Shown here piece after piece: positions 60,176 to 64,000 of a DNA stretch of 64,000 bases. A model generated the notes under the pieces. It saw only the letters and a program-made list of their open reading frames with translations, did not search any database and was not told the origin of the DNA. The DNA lies in IMG/VR virus record IMGVR_UViG_3300028797_000128, positions 42,088 to 106,087 of that record; one strand, given 5' to 3'. The position numbers were made by a program, and so were the translations under genes. The first letter of the stretch is position 1. The number at the start of each line of letters is the position of its first letter. Origin of the DNA: a virus. Lineage: Duplodnaviria; Caudoviricetes.

Positions 60176-60376
60176 TTAACCCCTTTCGTTTATCCAGTTT
60201 ATTGCTTCAGAGTAATTCATAATTTGACCATCTACTTCTAATACAGGCATAAAGTCAAATCCTTTATGCTCCATCTCATCTCTGTCTCTGCACACTTCAT
60301 ATTGAATACTTCTCTGTTCAAGTGTTTTTTCAAGCCTTTTACATTTTGGACAGTCAATTGTATACAACGTTATCAT
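60176..60376 (-). CDS. NrdH/glutaredoxin-like protein
   Basis: CPKC, MPVLEVDG. Confidence 0.88.
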   Translation of the reverse strand: MITLYTIDCPKCKRLEKTLEQRSIQYEVCRDRDEMEHKGFDFMPVLEVDGQIMNYSEAINWINERG

Positions 60377-60570
60377 TCTATCACCCTTTCTTTCAAATAT
60401 CTTTTTGCCTTTTTATAATTAAGCTCCTTACCATCAAGCACCAACAACGGCAGACGTTTGCCTTCTGCCTCGCACTTGTACCGGATTTCGTACTCGACAT
60501 CTGTTTTATCAAGCCACTCGATAAGTTCAGAACTTTCGTGTCGATCATCTACATACAAAATATTAGCCAT
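60373..60570 (-). CDS. Glutaredoxin-like paralogue lacking CxxC
   Basis: LPLLVLDGKELNY matches its neighbour; the CxxC site is replaced by RHES. Confidence 0.6.
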   Translation of the reverse strand: MANILYVDDRHESSELIEWLDKTDVEYEIRYKCEAEGKRLPLLVLDGKELNYKKAKRYLKERVIE

Positions 60571-61105
60571 TATAATACCTCATCAGCATATCTATAAACT
60601 CACAAATATCATTGCAACGGTCTTGATTGGAGTTGTCGCACACAAAATTGCAGTCATCCTTTGCACCCTTAAAGGCTTCGCTGTCATGCTGTAATCTTTT
60701 CATAATGGCTTCGTTATCATCACCTCTACGTTCCATTCTCTCAGCGGCAATCGAACTATCTACGTCAAGAAAAATGCTGATAACTGATTTGTTTTTATAA
60801 TTTCTTCTTAAATCTTTAATCCCCTTAACATCAACAACATATATGTCTGCATTATCAAGCTGTTCTTCGGTAACAAAATAAAAATTATTTGCAAACCAAC
60901 TTGAACATACTATCTGTTCTTTCATTTGTTCAGCTTCTTCAAGGGTACAGAATGTATGACTGCTTAAATCTGATTCATCATTTTCTCTTGGTAGTCTGGT
61001 TGTATAAGACTTTAATACAGTCATACCATATTTCTTACTTACCTTATTAGCAAGAGAAGTCTTTCCACTACCACTGATTCCTGTTAGTGTAATTAAAGGT
61101 TTCAC
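60563..61105 (-). CDS. gmk: Guanylate kinase-like protein
   Basis: GISGSGKT, SYTTRLPR, ERRGD. Confidence 0.85.
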   Translation of the reverse strand: MKPLITLTGISGSGKTSLANKVSKKYGMTVLKSYTTRLPRENDESDLSSHTFCTLEEAEQMKEQIVCSSWFANNFYFVTEEQLDNADIYVVDVKGIKDLRRNYKNKSVISIFLDVDSSIAAERMERRGDDNEAIMKRLQHDSEAFKGAKDDCNFVCDNSNQDRCNDICEFIDMLMRYYNG

Positions 61106-61779
61106 TTTAAATATTCCTCCTTTACAATTTCACATAATCTCTTATGTCTACCGCAAGTTTTCTTTTCGCTCTCTGTGCAATATGGGATTTCATGTGCTTC
61201 ACACTTTGGTACACAATAGTTTTTAGCATGAGGACACTTCTCGATAACCAGTTTTGCCATTTCTTTTGCGATATCTCTTATTTCCTTTTGAGCGTTAAAA
61301 CAAAGTCTCTCGTTAAGGAAGTGGAAAAAATTACGGAAATCCATTGTTATATAAATCTCTGTCTCACAAGCATTTGGTAAAAGATATCTTGCATCTTCTG
61401 CTTTAACTCCCATATCAAGAAGCCATTTATAATTAGCCTGTATATTGTGGATAACTTGATTATATATTTCAAGAGCCTGTCTATCGTTAGCAATAGAATC
61501 TGGAATATAATAATCAAAGCCATCTTCCTTACAATAACGCTGAGAACGCTGTGTAAACTTGCCTGTTCTATGTCTTACAAGCTGATGCGAACACGCTCTT
61601 GAACAAGTTATCTTAAATGTTACATCCGAATGTTCTGCAACTGACATATGACCTGACTTCATGCAACCATGAAAGATACGATAATTTTCTGTTGGTTCAC
61701 TATCATAGCAAACAGAAGCAATCTTTTCTATCTTTTCAATAGCATCAGGTGTGATATAAACTAATTCAACCTTATTCAT
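61102..61779 (-). CDS. thyX: FAD-dependent thymidylate synthase
   Basis: GHMSVAEH, HQLVRHR...SQRY, EDARYLLP, AQKEIR. Confidence 0.95.
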   Translation of the reverse strand: MNKVELVYITPDAIEKIEKIASVCYDSEPTENYRIFHGCMKSGHMSVAEHSDVTFKITCSRACSHQLVRHRTGKFTQRSQRYCKEDGFDYYIPDSIANDRQALEIYNQVIHNIQANYKWLLDMGVKAEDARYLLPNACETEIYITMDFRNFFHFLNERLCFNAQKEIRDIAKEMAKLVIEKCPHAKNYCVPKCEAHEIPYCTESEKKTCGRHKRLCEIVKEEYLK

Positions 61780-61964
61780 ATCTCAATCTCCTTTATATAA
61801 TTATAATTTCCATTCTCAAAAATTTCTTTCTTTTCTTTATCGGTAAGCTGTCTTGTTTTAACTACTGCGTTTTCATTTTCTTCTTCTGCACGTTTTATAT
61901 TTCTCTTTGTTTCTTCTGTAAATCGTGCTTTCCACATTGCCGCTGAATTAACTGGAATTGTCAT
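61776..61964 (-). CDS. Hypothetical protein
   Basis: GGGAGG SD. Confidence 0.6.
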   Translation of the reverse strand: MTIPVNSAAMWKARFTEETKRNIKRAEEENENAVVKTRQLTDKEKKEIFENGNYNYIKEIEI

Positions 61965-61986
61965 TTATCAATTTTACCCTCCCCTC

Positions 61987-62580
61987 TTAATTAATGACTG
62001 TAATAGTTATTGGAACTCGACCTGCCTGTGATAAATCATAAGGCACTTCTGAATTGTCATAAAAATAAAAATCAATTGTATTATAGTTTCCAACACCGCA
62101 ATCATCTACACGGAATGTACCGCTTATATAATCTGATTCAATGTATAACAATGTACCATAATCAAAGTAATCACTGGCTACTGAATATCCTGATATAAGC
62201 TGATTGCCACTCGCACCGCAAGGTGGAGTAGTGTGACCGAGGGCGGTGGCACTGTAATAAGTTGCGTCCCAATACCCACTTAAAGGCTCTGTGTGGCAGA
62301 TGTCTCCACCACACGTTGTCTCTGTTTCAATCACTACATCTGCAACTTCTGCCTCAGTCTCGGTCAATGTACTCGTCGTCGTTGTCTCTGTAGCCGTCGT
62401 CCTCGATTCCGTTGTTGCCGTGGTAGTGGTTGTCGTTGTCTTGCTCGCCGCTGCTGTGGTGCATTGGCTATCACTCCTTGTGTTGATATGTTTTGCCTTT
62501 GGAACTGTTCTACATGATGTAGTTGCCATTCCTATTACAACCGCCATTGCAGAAATCATCAATTTGTTTCTTAAAGACAT
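61987..62580 (-). CDS. Exported (possibly lipo-) protein with Thr-rich linker and 3D domain
   Basis: Signal peptide ending TTSC, poly-Thr linker, ATYY...VASD...VDDCG...IDFY. Confidence 0.75.
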   Translation of the reverse strand: MSLRNKLMISAMAVVIGMATTSCRTVPKAKHINTRSDSQCTTAAASKTTTTTTTATTESRTTATETTTTSTLTETEAEVADVVIETETTCGGDICHTEPLSGYWDATYYSATALGHTTPPCGASGNQLISGYSVASDYFDYGTLLYIESDYISGTFRVDDCGVGNYNTIDFYFYDNSEVPYDLSQAGRVPITITVIN

Positions 62581-62656
62581 TGGTCTGTTCCTTTCTTTCA
62601 CTCATTTATTGTCTTGTCATGGGAAAACAAGATAGCAGTATCTCTGCTACAATTAT

Positions 62657-62685
62657 ATTATATCACTAATTTCATATTTTGTCAA
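62657..62685 (-). promoter_or_regulatory. Consensus sigmaA promoter
   Basis: TTGACA-17 nt-TATAAT with extended -10 TG. Confidence 0.85.
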
Positions 62686-62704
62686 GAGTTTTTTAGAAAT
62701 TTTT

Positions 62705-63121
62705 TCAAGAAATTTTTACATCTGCCTCCTGATACTTCTTTGCTACAATGACGGTAGCTTCTGAACTATCGCTATCACATTTATAGGCAAAAACTATAGT
62801 ATCACCACTTGATCTGAAAGAATACTCTGTGTCGTTGTCGAGATTATCAAGACACTCTTTAATCCACTCATTAATCTCATAGTCTTTTACACCCTTGCCA
62901 TTATATGTATAAAAGTCTTTAGGGTACTGGATTGTATCTATTGTTGGAATACTATCTATGTCAATATCGCTGCAACAACATGGACAAACTACATATGCTC
63001 CTTCATATTTTTCTCTCAAATCGGCATCATAGTATGTGAGTTTTGAACTACAATATGGGCAAACAACATCATGTTCTACATTGTTTTTATTTCCTGTATA
63101 ATTATTCTCAATTACTCTCAT
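62705..63121 (-). CDS. Hypothetical protein with Zn ribbon
   Basis: GGAGG SD; CPYC...CPCC. Confidence 0.7.
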   Translation of the reverse strand: MRVIENNYTGNKNNVEHDVVCPYCSSKLTYYDADLREKYEGAYVVCPCCCSDIDIDSIPTIDTIQYPKDFYTYNGKGVKDYEINEWIKECLDNLDNDTEYSFRSSGDTIVFAYKCDSDSSEATVIVAKKYQEADVKIS

Positions 63122-63130
63122 AAATCCTCC

Positions 63131-63364
63131 TTAATCGCAGCAAGTTGATGTGCTGTAGCTCACGATGTATGTGTTCTCGTCCGTGAACGCATTGTATCTC
63201 TTACAGGCTATCGGACTGAGCACTCCGTAGCCACACAGGTCAGATGTGCTGAATATTTCTTGTAGATCAGCTTCAGTCACGTAGCCGTTGTTAAGTTGTG
63301 CTCTTTCGTATTGCTCTTTTGTTATGGGTTTCTCGGCTCTTACAATCATTTCTTCACTCCTCAT
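63131..63364 (-). CDS. Hypothetical protein
   Basis: ORF track. Confidence 0.6.
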   Translation of the reverse strand: MRSEEMIVRAEKPITKEQYERAQLNNGYVTEADLQEIFSTSDLCGYGVLSPIACKRYNAFTDENTYIVSYSTSTCCD

Positions 63365-63508
63365 TAAATGTTTCTTCTATGGCATAAAAGCAGAAATTTA
63401 TCATTTTCTTGTGTTCCTTGTAATATCATCAAGTTGAAGGCTGATTATAATTAATAGCACAACAACAACTATTTTGAATATCATTTACTCACCTCATAAA
63501 ACATAGGT

Positions 63509-63787
63509 TTAAAGTTGTTGCGAATTAGCACCAATGAGTTCCAAAAAATCCTCGTCAGTGTAAATACCAAATAAGTCAATATACTCCTCACCTTCCCACC
63601 AATCAGTCTCCCAAATAAGATCAATACAATTACATTGCCATTCAAGAACTTGTAATTCGTAAGGGGATTCCAACATTTCTTTCTCTGTATAACCCTTTTT
63701 TAGTACAACAAAGAAATCTGATGCCCAAGTATGGCTCATTGCAAAATCATCCACCATCTTATCAAGCTCGTCGTATGTAACTCTCAT
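63509..63787 (-). CDS. Hypothetical acidic protein
   Basis: GAGGTGA SD; DWWEGE. Confidence 0.65.
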   Translation of the reverse strand: MRVTYDELDKMVDDFAMSHTWASDFFVVLKKGYTEKEMLESPYELQVLEWQCNCIDLIWETDWWEGEEYIDLFGIYTDEDFLELIGANSQQL

Positions 63788-64000
63788 CTGCTCACCTCAC
63801 TTAAAACGAATCTTTTATTGCCTTTTTAATGCTTATTTGTGGCTGTTTTGCGTACCACTATTTTAGGTTCTCTTTGTCCACCTTGCATTGTAGTGAGTGA
63901 AGGAGAAATACCCCCCCACTGTAACAACGCTTGATAACATCCATGCCTTTAATCGGCAGATTTGCTATCACTTTTATCTCGTTCTTCATGTTTGCTCCTT

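Noticed and set aside
1-64000. Arbitrium (AimR/AimP) communication system expected in SPbeta-like phages
   Set aside because: No TPR receptor plus small pro-peptide pair in this window; it could lie outside

Overview
A 64 kb segment of a large, probably temperate siphophage with an SPbeta-like gene order. The host is probably a Bacillota (likely Clostridia); this is inferred from strong AGGAGG ribosome-binding sites, sigmaA promoters and anaerobic nucleotide metabolism. The + strand (1-52.4 kb) carries the 3' end of a TnpB insertion element and small ORFs, then a YonO-like single-subunit RNA polymerase. After it come an accessory block (ClpP-like, beta-CASP nuclease, YonK-like, phosphoesterase, homing endonucleases, a structured non-coding region, tRNA-CAT, tyrosine recombinase) and the head and tail genes. 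An antisense CptIN type III toxin-antitoxin cassette sits inside the tail genes. An uncharacterised 7-gene low-complexity, Cys-rich module precedes the lysis cassette. The - strand (52.5-64 kb) carries a large serine integrase with a candidate intact attP and a dNTP-supply operon: dUTPase, 5'-nucleotidase, FTR-like, NrdG, intein-containing NrdD, glutaredoxins, guanylate kinase and ThyX. The most notable observations are: (i) the 46.1-49.7 kb module; (ii) a Pro1, class-3-like intein lacking the block B Trp, inserted between the two adjacent Cys of the NrdD SMCCRL motif; (iii) two three-way-junction RNA leaders unrelated in sequence whose loops pair with a duplicated Shine-Dalgarno region; (iv) a ~350 nt structured ncRNA candidate next to the tRNA; (v) the CptIN cassette; (vi) a second tail-tube paralogue. 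All family calls come from motif recognition by eye; no database searches were run.
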